Positions 8,313-18,620 are shown, counted from the stretch's first letter. The stretch is DNA of 64,000 bases from an uncultured Planctomycetaceae bacterium (GCA_964583095.1 CAZOVB010000003.1:562-64561), one strand, 5' to 3'. Numbers and translations are program-made. Notes: generated by a model from the letters alone, not told the origin.

Positions 8313-10067
8313 GTGACGAGCCTTCGAAGACGACTGATCCTGGGTATCCTCACATCCACCGCCCTGCTGCTGGTGGCGACCGGGGTGGCCATCTACCTGC
8401 TCCAGAGGCGGGCCCTGCTGGGCGCCTTCGATCAGGCCCTGCTGGCCAAGTCGCGGGCGCTGCGCTCGGCCCTGCGGATCGACCGGGAGACGGGCCTGGT
8501 AGCCCTGGAACCGACCGGCCGGCGTCGCATGGACTTCCGCTTCCCCTGGCGGCGAGACCCCCGCGACGGGGATGGCTTGCGAAGATTCCAGCACCGCGCC
8601 GATAACGACCGGGACGAAGACGGCGATCGGCCCGGTGAGGACTTTTTCCGACGCTTTCGAGGTCCGGACGACGACGAGGAAGACGACGAGGACGAGAACG
8701 AACCGGAAGACGCCCACAGCGATGAACGCCGCCGCGAGCGACCCGGAGACCGCCAGGAGCCCTTGCGTATGAGGCCCGGGCAGGGAGATCGATCGGAACG
8801 GGAAGATTCTCCCAGGCCCCAGGAAGAGGAAAACCCCCTCGATCTGCCCGACTGGTTCCGCGTCCAGACGATGGCCGGGACCGTCCTGCTCCAGTCCGAT
8901 TCCCCCGATCCGGGCTCCCTGCCGGCAGGGGCGCCGGAGAACGAAGAGCCGACCATCGTGGAAACAACCCTCGGGGGCCAAACGCCGGCCCGCATGGCCC
9001 TGCTGCGATTCGAACTGCGATACCCGGGCCCCCCCAACCGCAGGCCTCCCCCGATTCAAGGTGTGCTGATGGCCGCGGAGGACACCCTCGCCCTCCAGAA
9101 CCAGTTGTCAGCCACCGGGTGGATCCTCCTGCTGAGCATCTGCGCCGCCCTGCTTCTGGCCGGCCTGGTCGCCTGGGGTGTCTCAGCCGCTTCACTCAAA
9201 CCCGTGGGCGACATGGCCGAGAGGATCGGAGACATGCGGGAGGACCGGCTCGATGAGCGGCTGGACAGCGACTCCCTGCCCGTCGAACTCCAGCCCGTGG
9301 CCCGGCGGCTCAATGACCTGCTCGCCCGCGTGGGGGCCGCTTTCCGACGCGAACGCGGTTTCACCGCGGATGTCGCCCACGAATTACGAACCCCCCTGGC
9401 CGGGCTCACCACGGCTACCGAGGTCGCGCTGGGACAGGATCGCCCCGCCGGGGACTACCGCCAGGCCCTGACGGAGAACCTCCAGTTGACCCGCCGGATG
9501 CAGCAGCTTGTCGAGAAACTCCTCATGCTCGCGCGCCTCGATGCCGGCCAGTGGCAACACCAGGCCCAGACGGTCTCGCTGCGCCGCCAGACACTGCGAA
9601 GCTGGCAGGCGTTTGTCGATGCGGCCCAGGCGAAGGATCTGACCTTCACCGAGGCCGTACCCCCCGACCTGCACCTCCAGTGCGACGAGCGACTCCTGGG
9701 GGTCATCCTCTCCAACCTCCTGGCCAACGCCGTCCAGTACACCCCCCCCGGCGGGAAGATACACGCCCAGGCCGGCCAGGAGTCCGGCACGATCGGCTGG
9801 TCGCTGACCAACACCGTTGGGACCCCTCTTACCCCCGAGCAGCTCCAGGCGATGTTCGAGCGATTCTGGCGGGCCGACGTCGCCCGCTCAGCCACCGGCA
9901 TGCACTGCGGGCTGGGCCTCTCGCTGGTCCAGCGGTGCGTGGAGATCCTGGGTGCAACGGTCCGGGCGGAGATGCCCGAGCCCGATTCCCTGCGCATCAG
10001 CGTCACCCTTCCCCCCCAGCCGCCTTCCCGGGCCGACGGATGCCGCGACGATCATTCCGCGCGGTAG
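8313..10067 (+). CDS. sensor histidine kinase (CusS-like) with an unusually long, low-complexity periplasmic loop
   Basis: A GTG start overlaps the response-regulator stop. TM1 is LILGILTSTALLLVATGVAIYLL. The roughly 230-aa periplasmic loop is rich in RRFQHRADNDRDEDGDRPGEDFFRRFRGPDDDEEDDEDE. TM2, a HAMP domain, the H-box HELRTPLAGL and the N/G boxes of the HATPase domain follow. Confidence 0.8.
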   Translation: MTSLRRRLILGILTSTALLLVATGVAIYLLQRRALLGAFDQALLAKSRALRSALRIDRETGLVALEPTGRRRMDFRFPWRRDPRDGDGLRRFQHRADNDRDEDGDRPGEDFFRRFRGPDDDEEDDEDENEPEDAHSDERRRERPGDRQEPLRMRPGQGDRSEREDSPRPQEEENPLDLPDWFRVQTMAGTVLLQSDSPDPGSLPAGAPENEEPTIVETTLGGQTPARMALLRFELRYPGPPNRRPPPIQGVLMAAEDTLALQNQLSATGWILLLSICAALLLAGLVAWGVSAASLKPVGDMAERIGDMREDRLDERLDSDSLPVELQPVARRLNDLLARVGAAFRRERGFTADVAHELRTPLAGLTTATEVALGQDRPAGDYRQALTENLQLTRRMQQLVEKLLMLARLDAGQWQHQAQTVSLRRQTLRSWQAFVDAAQAKDLTFTEAVPPDLHLQCDERLLGVILSNLLANAVQYTPPGGKIHAQAGQESGTIGWSLTNTVGTPLTPEQLQAMFERFWRADVARSATGMHCGLGLSLVQRCVEILGATVRAEMPEPDSLRISVTLPPQPPSRADGCRDDHSAR

Positions 10068-10261
10068 AACGTCCCCGATCCGGAATAGCTTTCCCGTGAC
10101 CGCCAGTCCGGACGCCACCAGAGCGTGGCCGTGCCTTCGGGCGGGGCATTTGCGGCGGACTCAAAGGGTCGGGTACCTCACCAGAGAGTACACCAATGCG
10201 TGACACGGAGCAATGCCTTGGCTCTGCTCGTCTGGGAGGCGGGTTCAGAGGCGGAGAAACC

Positions 10262-11191
10262 TTACTCCGCCGGGGCCGGGTATTGCGGGGACTGCCCCTC
10301 GACCACCGCGACCACATCCTTTACCACGTCGCACATGTTCTGGACCGCATCGGGGACCCGGGCGGCCACGTGAGGAGTGAGGATGACGTTGTCCAGCCCG
10401 AACAGCGGATAGTCCTCGGGCATGGGTTCTGGGTCGTGGCAATCGATGACCGCGGCCGAGACGTGAGCGGATTTCAACGCATCGGCCAGGGCATGATAGT
10501 CCACGCAGGGCCCCCGGGCGGCATTGATGAACTGCGCGCCGGGTTTGAACTTGCCGATGGACTCGGCGTTGATCAGCCCGCGCGTCTGGTCGGTAAGCGG
10601 TGTGTGGAGGGTGATGATGTCGCTTTGGGCATAGAGCGTGTCCTTGTCGAGAGCCTCGGCCGGGTAGTCCAGGTCGATCTCCAGGATGTCATTGTAGAGG
10701 ACTTTCATGCCCAGGGCGGCCGCGGCCCGTCCCACGCGGGAGCCGATGCGTCCGCATCCGATGATCCCAAGGGTCATGCTGCTGAGGAATCGCCCGAAGA
10801 TGTTCTTGCGGATCTTGTGGAATTCCTCGGCAGATACGTACCCCTGAAGGGGCCAGAAGCGGCGGTTCATCTCGATGATCATGCGGATCGTGTAATCCAC
10901 AACCGCCAGGGTATTGGCGGCCGGGGTGTGCACGACCTCCACGCCTCGGGCCCGGCAGGCGGGAATGTCGATATTCTCCAGCGCAACGCCGGCCCGGCCT
11001 ACGACCTTGAGCTTGTCGGCCCGGTCGAGCAGATCCTCGTTGACCTGCGTGTAGGTGCGAACGACCAGCCCGTCGACCCCCTGGATGTTTTCCGGGGCCT
11101 CGGAGGCCTCGCAGCGGCGGACCTCGCCATGTCCGGCCAGGAATTCCAGGCTGGACTCGTTGAGCGGTTCGCTGACCAGGTAGATCGCCAT
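10262..11191 (-). CDS. D-isomer-specific 2-hydroxyacid dehydrogenase (PGDH/GyaR family)
   Basis: NAD-binding motif GIIGCGRIGSRVG, and the catalytic R/E/H region ...ITLHTPLTDQTRGLIN... Confidence 0.8.
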   Translation of the reverse strand: MAIYLVSEPLNESSLEFLAGHGEVRRCEASEAPENIQGVDGLVVRTYTQVNEDLLDRADKLKVVGRAGVALENIDIPACRARGVEVVHTPAANTLAVVDYTIRMIIEMNRRFWPLQGYVSAEEFHKIRKNIFGRFLSSMTLGIIGCGRIGSRVGRAAAALGMKVLYNDILEIDLDYPAEALDKDTLYAQSDIITLHTPLTDQTRGLINAESIGKFKPGAQFINAARGPCVDYHALADALKSAHVSAAVIDCHDPEPMPEDYPLFGLDNVILTPHVAARVPDAVQNMCDVVKDVVAVVEGQSPQYPAPAE

Positions 11192-11229
11192 GGGAGCGTC
11201 CTTTCTTCCCGAGAAGCTGTTGACGTCTG

Positions 11230-12639
11230 CTATGCCTGCGAGCGGGCGGACTTTTTCCTGCCCCAGGGCAGGCGATGCCGAATCCGCGACCAGATGCCCG
11301 CGGTACCCAGTTCCCGGGCCAGCTCCACGATATGACGATCTTCCGGATCCATTTCCAGGGCCCGCGACGCGTAGAGCTTTGCCTGTTCCCTGTCGCCCTT
11401 CTGATGATACGCAAGGGCGAGGTTGTAGGTCGCCAACGGGTAATTGGGTTTGTACTTCAGGGCATTGAGGCAGTGACGGATCCCTTCGTCGTAGCGACCC
11501 ATCATGAAGTAGCTCACCGCCAGGTTGTGGTGGGCATAGGCATCCTTGGGACGAAGCTCCACCAGGCGAGAGAGGACCTTCGATGCGTGGCGGGACAACT
11601 GGGCCTCGATGAGCAGTTCGCCCAGTTCCTGTAGAATCTGCGGGTCGGCACCGCTTTGACGCAGTTCGATGACGACATGCTTGGCCGCCTCGTTGACCTT
11701 GCCCTGCTTGACCAGGACGCGGGCCATCTTCGCATGGGCCCCCGTCAGGGACGCATCGAGCTTGATCACCAGGCGGAAGCGATCCAGGGCCTCGGTGAGC
11801 TTGTCGCGCTTCAGCGCCACCTCGCCCAGCCCGAAATGGGCTGAGACGTTCTGGGGCGAGACCTCCAGGGCCTTGCGGAACAGGGCTTCGGCCTGGGCGT
11901 CCTCGTTCATCTCCAGCAGCAACTCGCCGTAATCCAGGAGCATATTGGCATCTTCGCCGTCGAGCTCCATCTCGGCCTGGTAGTGCTCGCAGGCTTTGCT
12001 CAGGTTCCCCCGGGTCCAGTACGCCTCGGCCAGGCGCGCATGGGCCTGGGGCTGATCAGGATCCAGTCGAAGCGCCTGCTGCCAGCAGTAGATCGCCCGG
12101 TCGGTTTCGTCGCGGGCGTGCAGGCTCGTGCCGATGTTGTAGTAGCACAGGGGGCACTCGTCCTTGAACAGACGGGCCAGGTAGAACATCAACTCGGCGT
12201 CTTCGTGGCGGTCGATCTCACAATAAGTGACAATCCGGTTGCAGTAGGCCGGCTCGTAGCTCGGATCGAGCTTTTCGATGGCCTCGAAGCACTTGAGGCT
12301 CTCGGCGTATTTACCCAGACGCGTCAGGTTCACGCCCAGGCAGTTGAGCGTTTCAACATCTTCCGGATCCAGCTTCAACGCGGCTTCGTAGGCTTCCCGC
12401 GCCCGAGGAAAATCGTTCATCGCCTCCAAGGTCAAACCCAGGTTGAAATACCAGGTCGAATTACCGGGATTTACGTCAATCGCTGCCCGAAGTTCAGCGG
12501 CGGCTTCGGCCCATCGCCCCTCTTCGTACAACTCTCGAGCTCGTTCCACCCTCGACTCTGCGTCGATCCACTCGTCCATGTCTGGGTCCTTTTCATCTGT
12601 TGTCGCGTGCTCGATTGCACGCTTCTTTGCCCGAAGCAA
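11230..12639 (-). CDS. TPR-repeat protein
   Basis: Repeated 34-aa W/LG-Y-A-F-A-P tetratricopeptide patterns run throughout the protein (…AYHNLAVSYFMMGRYDEGIRHCLNALKYKPNYPLATYNLALAY…). Confidence 0.8.
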   Translation of the reverse strand: MLRAKKRAIEHATTDEKDPDMDEWIDAESRVERARELYEEGRWAEAAAELRAAIDVNPGNSTWYFNLGLTLEAMNDFPRAREAYEAALKLDPEDVETLNCLGVNLTRLGKYAESLKCFEAIEKLDPSYEPAYCNRIVTYCEIDRHEDAELMFYLARLFKDECPLCYYNIGTSLHARDETDRAIYCWQQALRLDPDQPQAHARLAEAYWTRGNLSKACEHYQAEMELDGEDANMLLDYGELLLEMNEDAQAEALFRKALEVSPQNVSAHFGLGEVALKRDKLTEALDRFRLVIKLDASLTGAHAKMARVLVKQGKVNEAAKHVVIELRQSGADPQILQELGELLIEAQLSRHASKVLSRLVELRPKDAYAHHNLAVSYFMMGRYDEGIRHCLNALKYKPNYPLATYNLALAYHQKGDREQAKLYASRALEMDPEDRHIVELARELGTAGIWSRIRHRLPWGRKKSARSQA

Positions 12640-12829
12640 AGCCCTCCCATAAGCTGCGATTCAGGCCTTTTCGATCCAGATCCATTCTAATCACACAGCC
12701 TCTAATCAACAAGGACCAAAGCACCCACCCACCGCCGAACAGGGGGATTTCCTCATCTATTCTTCCGGGCAGGCCCAATGGCCAGGGTCAACCCTTCCGG
12801 CTGCCCGGGATGCAAGTTACAATCAGAGC

Positions 12830-13375
12830 ATGAGCTATAGCAGGCCTTACCTGGGACAGACCGACGAACAACTCCTCCAGCAGTGTGCCCGGCATATCTA
12901 CAAAGCCTCCGGGCCCGGCGGGCAGCATCGAAACAAGGTCTCCTCGGCCGTGCGTCTCCAGCATGAGCCCACCGGCATCACAGGTCACGGAGACGACTCG
13001 CGCAGCCAGCACGAAAACCGGCGTCTGGCCTTCAAACGCCTCCGAATGAACCTTGCCTGCAAACTCCGCATTCCCTTGGATCCGGCGAAAGATTCACTGC
13101 CCGATGTCCTCTGGGAGTGCGTTCACAAGGCCAAGAAACCCCGCCCGAACCAGGCAGGCAGCCGCCTGAGCGTGGGAAGAAGGGACCATCGCTTCTGGCA
13201 CGTGGCCGCGATTGTCCTGGACCTGATCGACGCCCGCGAGGCTCGCCTGTCTGAAGTCTCAGCCACCTTAGGGGTTTCCACCGGCAATCTCGTCCGGTTC
13301 CTCAAGGGCCAGCGCCACCTGTTTGCAACCTGTCAGGAACTGCGCAAACAGCATGGCCGGAAGCCTCTTTCCTGA
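12830..13375 (+). CDS. class-I release-factor-domain protein (GGQ motif; ArfB/ICT1-like peptidyl-tRNA hydrolase with a C-terminal extension)
   Basis: GPGGQHRNKVSSAVRL is the canonical GGQ peptidyl-tRNA hydrolase motif. At 181 aa it is longer than a typical ArfB. Confidence 0.65.
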   Translation: MSYSRPYLGQTDEQLLQQCARHIYKASGPGGQHRNKVSSAVRLQHEPTGITGHGDDSRSQHENRRLAFKRLRMNLACKLRIPLDPAKDSLPDVLWECVHKAKKPRPNQAGSRLSVGRRDHRFWHVAAIVLDLIDAREARLSEVSATLGVSTGNLVRFLKGQRHLFATCQELRKQHGRKPLS

Positions 13376-13715
13376 ACGGCCCTGCTCTGTGTGGGGAAAG
13401 ATTTCTTGAAACGAGATCCTCTCGCATAGGTGCTGGAAATACCTCTTGCAGACGGCCTTGACCCGCTCACGTGGGAGGGGTTACAATCCGGTGTGGTTTC
13501 CGCACTGATCCAAGACATCTCCCGGGACAGGCCGAAGACGGCAGAAGAGACCCTCGGGCTCGCCCCGAGGCGCCCCCCGAAGCGCTTCTGCACATTCCCC
13601 ACGGCAAGAATTCCTGTAAATCCCTTTACAAATTGGAGATGCAATTTGTGCAAACAGACCCCCTGCCCCGGTGGCAGCGGGTATCTTCTGATTCTCCCCA
13701 ACAGACGGATATTCC

Positions 13716-15431
13716 ATGGCTAGAAAGCAACGCAAACGTATCGGTGAAATCCTGCAGGAATGGGGTGTGGTCTCCAAATCCGGGATCACCGAGGCCCTAG
13801 ACTACGCCCAACGCGAGTATGTTCGCCTGGGCGACGCCTTTATTTCCCTGGGCCTGGCTGAAGAGTCCGACGTGACCAAGGCCTTGGCCCTCCAGTACGA
13901 CATGGAATACGTCGACCTGGACTCCAACGCCGTCCAGCCTGGGCAGATGGATCTGATCCCCGACGATCTGATCCGCAAACACATGATCCTGCCTCTTTCC
14001 AAGGAAGACGGCAAGCTCAAGGTAGCCATCACCGACCCGCTGGATCTGGAAACCCTGGACATGCTCCGTTTCCGTCTCAATGCGGATCTGGAGCCTTGCC
14101 TGGCGCCCAAGAGCCGGATTCGGGCGATCATCGACGAGTTCGTCCGCATGGACCTCTCGATTGACCAGACGGTCTCGGAACTGGAGGATTCCTCCGGAGA
14201 AGGCCTGATGGCCCGCGCCCAGAGCAGCGACCTGGGCCTGGACGAAGATGCCGCCCCCATCGTCCGCCTGGTGACCATGCTTATCAACGAAGGTGTGAAG
14301 ATGCGCGCTTCGGATATTCACATCGAGCCGATGGCCAACCGTGTCCGGGTCCGCTACCGCGTCGACGGCGTCTGCCTCGAACGCGACAACGTCCCCAAGC
14401 GCATGCAGGGGCCGGTGATCAACCGACTCAAGATTCTCTCCAACATGGACCTGGCAGAGAAACGCCTGCCCCAGGATGGGAGAATCAAGATGCGGGTGGC
14501 CAACTCGGACATCGACTTCCGTGTTTCGGCTCTTCCCAGTTACCACGGCGAGAGCATGGTCCTCCGAATCCTGCGGCCTGAAAGCGCCCGAATCGGCATT
14601 CAGGCCCTGGGCTTCGAGGACGATGACTACGCCCGCTTCCTGCGGATCATCCAGCGGCCCAACGGCGTGTTCCTCGTGACCGGTCCGACCGGCTCGGGCA
14701 AGACGACCACGCTCTATTCGGCGCTGAATGAGTTGAACAAGCCCGACACGAAAATCATCACCGCCGAGGACCCGGTGGAGTACAATTTCGTTGGAATTAA
14801 CCAAGTACAGGTTAATGAACAGATCGGTTTATCATTTGCTTCGATCCTCCGTTCAATGCTTCGTCAGGCACCGAACGTCATTCTCGTTGGCGAGATTCGT
14901 GACTCAGAGGTTGCTGAAGTGGCAATTCAGGCCGCCCTTACTGGACACTTGGTCTTCAGTACACTTCATACCAACGATGCATGCTCGGCTGTGACCCGTC
15001 TGATCGACATGGGTGTTAAGCCCTTCCTGGTCGCCAGCAGCATCCAGGCGGTGATGGCCCAGCGGCTTATCCGTGTCATCTGCGAGGACTGCAAAGAACC
15101 CTACCCCGAGCCGGATCGCCAACTCCTGCGGCTGCTGGAGTTCAGCGACGACGAGATCGATAATACAACCTTTTATCAGGGCAAAGGTTGCAACCGTTGT
15201 GGGGGGACCGGATACCGAGGCCGACTCGGCATCTTCGAGTTGATGGAATTCGATAATACACTGCGTGAGCTCGCCTTCCAGAGAGCCCCCGTCGGGGAGA
15301 TCCGCAAGGCCGCCCGAAGCGGTGGAATGCTGTCCCTGCTTGATGACGGAAAACGCAAGATCCGGGGGGGAATTACCACTCCCGAGGAGTTGGTCCGCGT
15401 GACCCAGGCCGAGGCCCTGCTCGAAGACTGA
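13716..15431 (+). CDS. type II secretion / type IV pilus assembly ATPase (GspE/PilB family), copy 1
   Basis: N-terminal T2SSE_N-like domain, Walker A GPTGSGKTTT, Asp box, Walker B and the tetracysteine CxxC...CxxC motif (CEDCKEP…CNRCGGTG). Confidence 0.9.
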   Translation: MARKQRKRIGEILQEWGVVSKSGITEALDYAQREYVRLGDAFISLGLAEESDVTKALALQYDMEYVDLDSNAVQPGQMDLIPDDLIRKHMILPLSKEDGKLKVAITDPLDLETLDMLRFRLNADLEPCLAPKSRIRAIIDEFVRMDLSIDQTVSELEDSSGEGLMARAQSSDLGLDEDAAPIVRLVTMLINEGVKMRASDIHIEPMANRVRVRYRVDGVCLERDNVPKRMQGPVINRLKILSNMDLAEKRLPQDGRIKMRVANSDIDFRVSALPSYHGESMVLRILRPESARIGIQALGFEDDDYARFLRIIQRPNGVFLVTGPTGSGKTTTLYSALNELNKPDTKIITAEDPVEYNFVGINQVQVNEQIGLSFASILRSMLRQAPNVILVGEIRDSEVAEVAIQAALTGHLVFSTLHTNDACSAVTRLIDMGVKPFLVASSIQAVMAQRLIRVICEDCKEPYPEPDRQLLRLLEFSDDEIDNTTFYQGKGCNRCGGTGYRGRLGIFELMEFDNTLRELAFQRAPVGEIRKAARSGGMLSLLDDGKRKIRGGITTPEELVRVTQAEALLED

Positions 15432-15694
15432 CCTTTTTTGACCTCCGGACCCCGGAGTTACACAAGGATCTGTTAACAATAGATTTATGGAGTTTTCACG
15501 CCGAGTTTCTCCGCAATGCCACTGGTCCTGAGCTGAAGAATCAGCGAATAATGACACCGCGAAAGGACACCGAACCATGGCTTTGCGAGGCGGAACCATC
15601 GGCCACGAACCCCAGACGCCCGAGGCGGGCCCCGGGCCCGATACGGACCGTTTGACCCACAGTCACCCCCTTGCTTTGAAGTGAAAGGATCGCC

Positions 15695-16855
15695 GTGGCC
15701 AAGAACATCCACATTGATCGTCTGCTGGAAACCTGCATTCGGCGGGGAGCCAGCGACCTGCATCTGGCCGTGGGACGCCCCCCCACGTTGCGACTCCACG
15801 GCAGGATGCGTCCCCTCCAGACCAAAGTCCTGGAGCCGGAGGATACCGTTGCCCTGATGAAGTCCATCACCCCCGAACGATGCCAGCAGGAACTGCAGGA
15901 ACAGGGAGGCACGGACTTCGGTTTCGAATACGGCGACGCCGGACGTTTCCGAACCGCGGTATTCATGCAGAAGGGAAGCGTCTCGATGGTCCTTCGTCTG
16001 ATTCCCTCCAAGATCTTCACCTTCGAGGAAATCGGCCTGCCCCCCATCGTCAAGACGCTCTGCCGCAGGCCGCGGGGTCTGTTCCTGGTCACCGGCCCGA
16101 CCGGCTCGGGAAAAACCACCACGCTGGCCACCATGCTGCATTACATCAATCAGCATTTCGACAAGCACATCGTGACCGTCGAAGACCCCATCGAGTACTA
16201 CCACTCCCATGGCAAGAGCATTGTCAACCAGCGGGAAGTGGGCGTGGACGTTCCCAGCTTCGATGAGGGCCTGCGACGCGTGCTGCGACAGGATCCGGAC
16301 GTCATCCTCGTCGGCGAGCTTCGTGACCTGGAAACCACCCAGGCGGCCATCCGGGCCGCAGAAACAGGCCACCTCGTCTTTGGCACCCTGCACACCACTA
16401 CCGCTGCCCGAACCATCACCCGCCTGATCGACCAGTTCCCCGTCGACCAGCAGGAACAGGTTCGCGTGCAGGTCTCCGAGTCCCTGATCGCCGTGCTCTG
16501 TCAGGCCCTGATGCCCCGGGTCGACGCCAAGGGCATGATCGCGGCCTTCGAGTTTCTCGTCATCACCAACGCCATCGCCCACCTGATTCGCGAAAACAAG
16601 ATTTTCCGTATTCCCTCGGAGATCCAGACCGGCAAGAAGATGGGTATGCAGTTGCTCGATGAGCACCTCTTCAGTCACTTCCGCCAAGGCAAGATCGCCG
16701 AAGAAGACGCCGTTGACCGCAGCCAGAACCCCGGAGAACTCCAGGAGAAGATCGACATGTTCAAATCCGGCAAGCTTGCCAACGTGGACCAGACTGCGTT
16801 CGAGAGAGCCATCGCCGAGCAAGAAGAATCCGAAGAACAAGCCGTGAGGAAATAA
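15695..16855 (+). CDS. pilT: twitching-motility retraction ATPase PilT
   Basis: MAKNIHIDRLLETCIRRGASDLHL..., GPTGSGKTTTLATMLHYIN, and the [17 protein letters not shown] PilT signature. Confidence 0.85.
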   Translation: MAKNIHIDRLLETCIRRGASDLHLAVGRPPTLRLHGRMRPLQTKVLEPEDTVALMKSITPERCQQELQEQGGTDFGFEYGDAGRFRTAVFMQKGSVSMVLRLIPSKIFTFEEIGLPPIVKTLCRRPRGLFLVTGPTGSGKTTTLATMLHYINQHFDKHIVTVEDPIEYYHSHGKSIVNQREVGVDVPSFDEGLRRVLRQDPDVILVGELRDLETTQAAIRAAETGHLVFGTLHTTTAARTITRLIDQFPVDQQEQVRVQVSESLIAVLCQALMPRVDAKGMIAAFEFLVITNAIAHLIRENKIFRIPSEIQTGKKMGMQLLDEHLFSHFRQGKIAEEDAVDRSQNPGELQEKIDMFKSGKLANVDQTAFERAIAEQEESEEQAVRK

Positions 16856-16858
16856 CCC

Positions 16859-18598
16859 ATGGCCGAATACCAGGTAGACCAACTAAAAGGCAGACCCATC
16901 GGACGCATTCTGGTCAAGATGGGCAAGATCACCAGAGACCAGGTCCACGAGGCTCTTGCAGCTCAGCGGGAGCGAGGAGGCCCGTTGGGCCAGATCCTCG
17001 TGGACCTCGGCTATGTCGACGGCCCCACGGTGTCGCTGGCCCTGGGCTTCCAGGTCGGAATGGAATACATTGACCTGGAACAGCAGGACGTTCCCGCCTC
17101 GGTCATCCAGCGTATCCCGCCGGAAATGGCCAAGACCTACAAGCTGGTTCCCGTCGAGTACGACCAGGAAAGCAACCACCTGACCATCGCGGTCGCCTCG
17201 GCGGACAACTTCCACGCCGTAGACGACCTTCGCACGCTGATGGGCTTTTCCGTTACCGCCCGGATCACCTACGAGGAGCAACTGGACCGCTCCCTGGCCA
17301 AGTACTACGGGGCCGAAGAAGAATCCATGGGCGATATCCTCAACCAGATCGCCGTGGATGAGGACCTGGCCGCCCTGGAAAATCGCGGCGAGAGTATCGA
17401 CCTGGACGCGATTCAGCAGGCCGCAGACTCCAACCCCGTCCGCCGACTGGTCAATATGGTCCTGCTCGAGGCGATCCGCAACCGGGCCTCGGACATCCAC
17501 TTCGAGCCGTTCGAGGATGAGTTCAAGATGCGCTACCGCATCGACGGCCACCTCTACGAGATGATGCCTCCCCCGACGCACATCGCCACGGCCATTGCCT
17601 CCCGCGTCAAGGTCATGGCCAATTTGGACATCGCCGAGCGCCGTATGCCCCAGGACGGCCGAATCGAACTGCTGGTCAACGGCCAGCCGGTCGACCTGCG
17701 TATCTCCGTGCTGCCTACCAGCTTTGGTGAGAGCGTGGTGATGCGTGTTCTGGACCGCTCGAATGTGAACCTGGACCTGGAACGCCTGGGGCTGCGCGAC
17801 GATGACCTGCGGATCTTCCGCCAGTTGATCAACCGTCCTCACGGGATCGTGATCGTCACCGGCCCGACCGGCTCGGGAAAAACCACCACGCTGTATTCCG
17901 CCCTGAGCGAGTTGAACAGTACCGAGGTCAAGATCCTCACCAGCGAAGACCCGGTGGAATACGACATCGACGGGTTGATCCAGGTCCAGACGCGATCCGA
18001 TATCGGCCTGACCTTCGCCCGGTGCCTCCGAAGCTTTCTGCGACAGGACCCGGATATTGTTCTGGTCGGCGAGATTCGCGACCTGGAAACCGCCGAAATC
18101 GCCGTCCAGGCCTCTCTGACCGGCCACCTGGTCTTCACGACCATCCATACCAACGACGCCCCCTCCACCATCGCACGTGTTCTGGATCTGGGCCTGGAGC
18201 CCTACCAGTTGACCGCCACGCTGGAGGGTGTCGTCGCCCAGCGCCTGGTGCGGACCATCTGCACCCGCTGCAAAGAGCCCATGACCCCCACCGATGAGCA
18301 GTTGATGGAACTGGGCCTGACCCAAGAGGATGTCAAAGGTCGCAGCTTCTTCCAGGGCGCCGGATGCGAGTTCTGCCGGGGCACCGGATATTCGGGTCGA
18401 AACGCCATTTACGAAATCATGCTGCTGGATGATCACATTCGCGACCTGATCATGCAGCACAGTTCCACCGCCCGGATTCGCGAAGCCGCCCGCAAACGCG
18501 GGATGCGCAGTCTGCGTGAAAGCGGAACGCTGGCCATCTTCGATGGCAAAACCACCGTAGAAGAAGTCGTCTCCCAGACCATCTTCGATGAAACCTGA
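16859..18598 (+). CDS. type II secretion / type IV pilus assembly ATPase (GspE/PilB family), copy 2
   Basis: A second full-length GspE-like protein: T2SSE_N, GPTGSGKTTTLYSAL, and the CTRCKEP…CEFCRGTG Zn motif. Confidence 0.9.
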   Translation: MAEYQVDQLKGRPIGRILVKMGKITRDQVHEALAAQRERGGPLGQILVDLGYVDGPTVSLALGFQVGMEYIDLEQQDVPASVIQRIPPEMAKTYKLVPVEYDQESNHLTIAVASADNFHAVDDLRTLMGFSVTARITYEEQLDRSLAKYYGAEEESMGDILNQIAVDEDLAALENRGESIDLDAIQQAADSNPVRRLVNMVLLEAIRNRASDIHFEPFEDEFKMRYRIDGHLYEMMPPPTHIATAIASRVKVMANLDIAERRMPQDGRIELLVNGQPVDLRISVLPTSFGESVVMRVLDRSNVNLDLERLGLRDDDLRIFRQLINRPHGIVIVTGPTGSGKTTTLYSALSELNSTEVKILTSEDPVEYDIDGLIQVQTRSDIGLTFARCLRSFLRQDPDIVLVGEIRDLETAEIAVQASLTGHLVFTTIHTNDAPSTIARVLDLGLEPYQLTATLEGVVAQRLVRTICTRCKEPMTPTDEQLMELGLTQEDVKGRSFFQGAGCEFCRGTGYSGRNAIYEIMLLDDHIRDLIMQHSSTARIREAARKRGMRSLRESGTLAIFDGKTTVEEVVSQTIFDET

Positions 18599-18620
18599 TC
18601 GACCCGTGCAGGAGTAATAC

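Noticed and set aside
8148-9195. Minus-strand ORFs of 303, 281 and 201 aa inside the histidine-kinase gene
   Set aside because: They are antisense artifacts of the low-complexity sensor-loop region.
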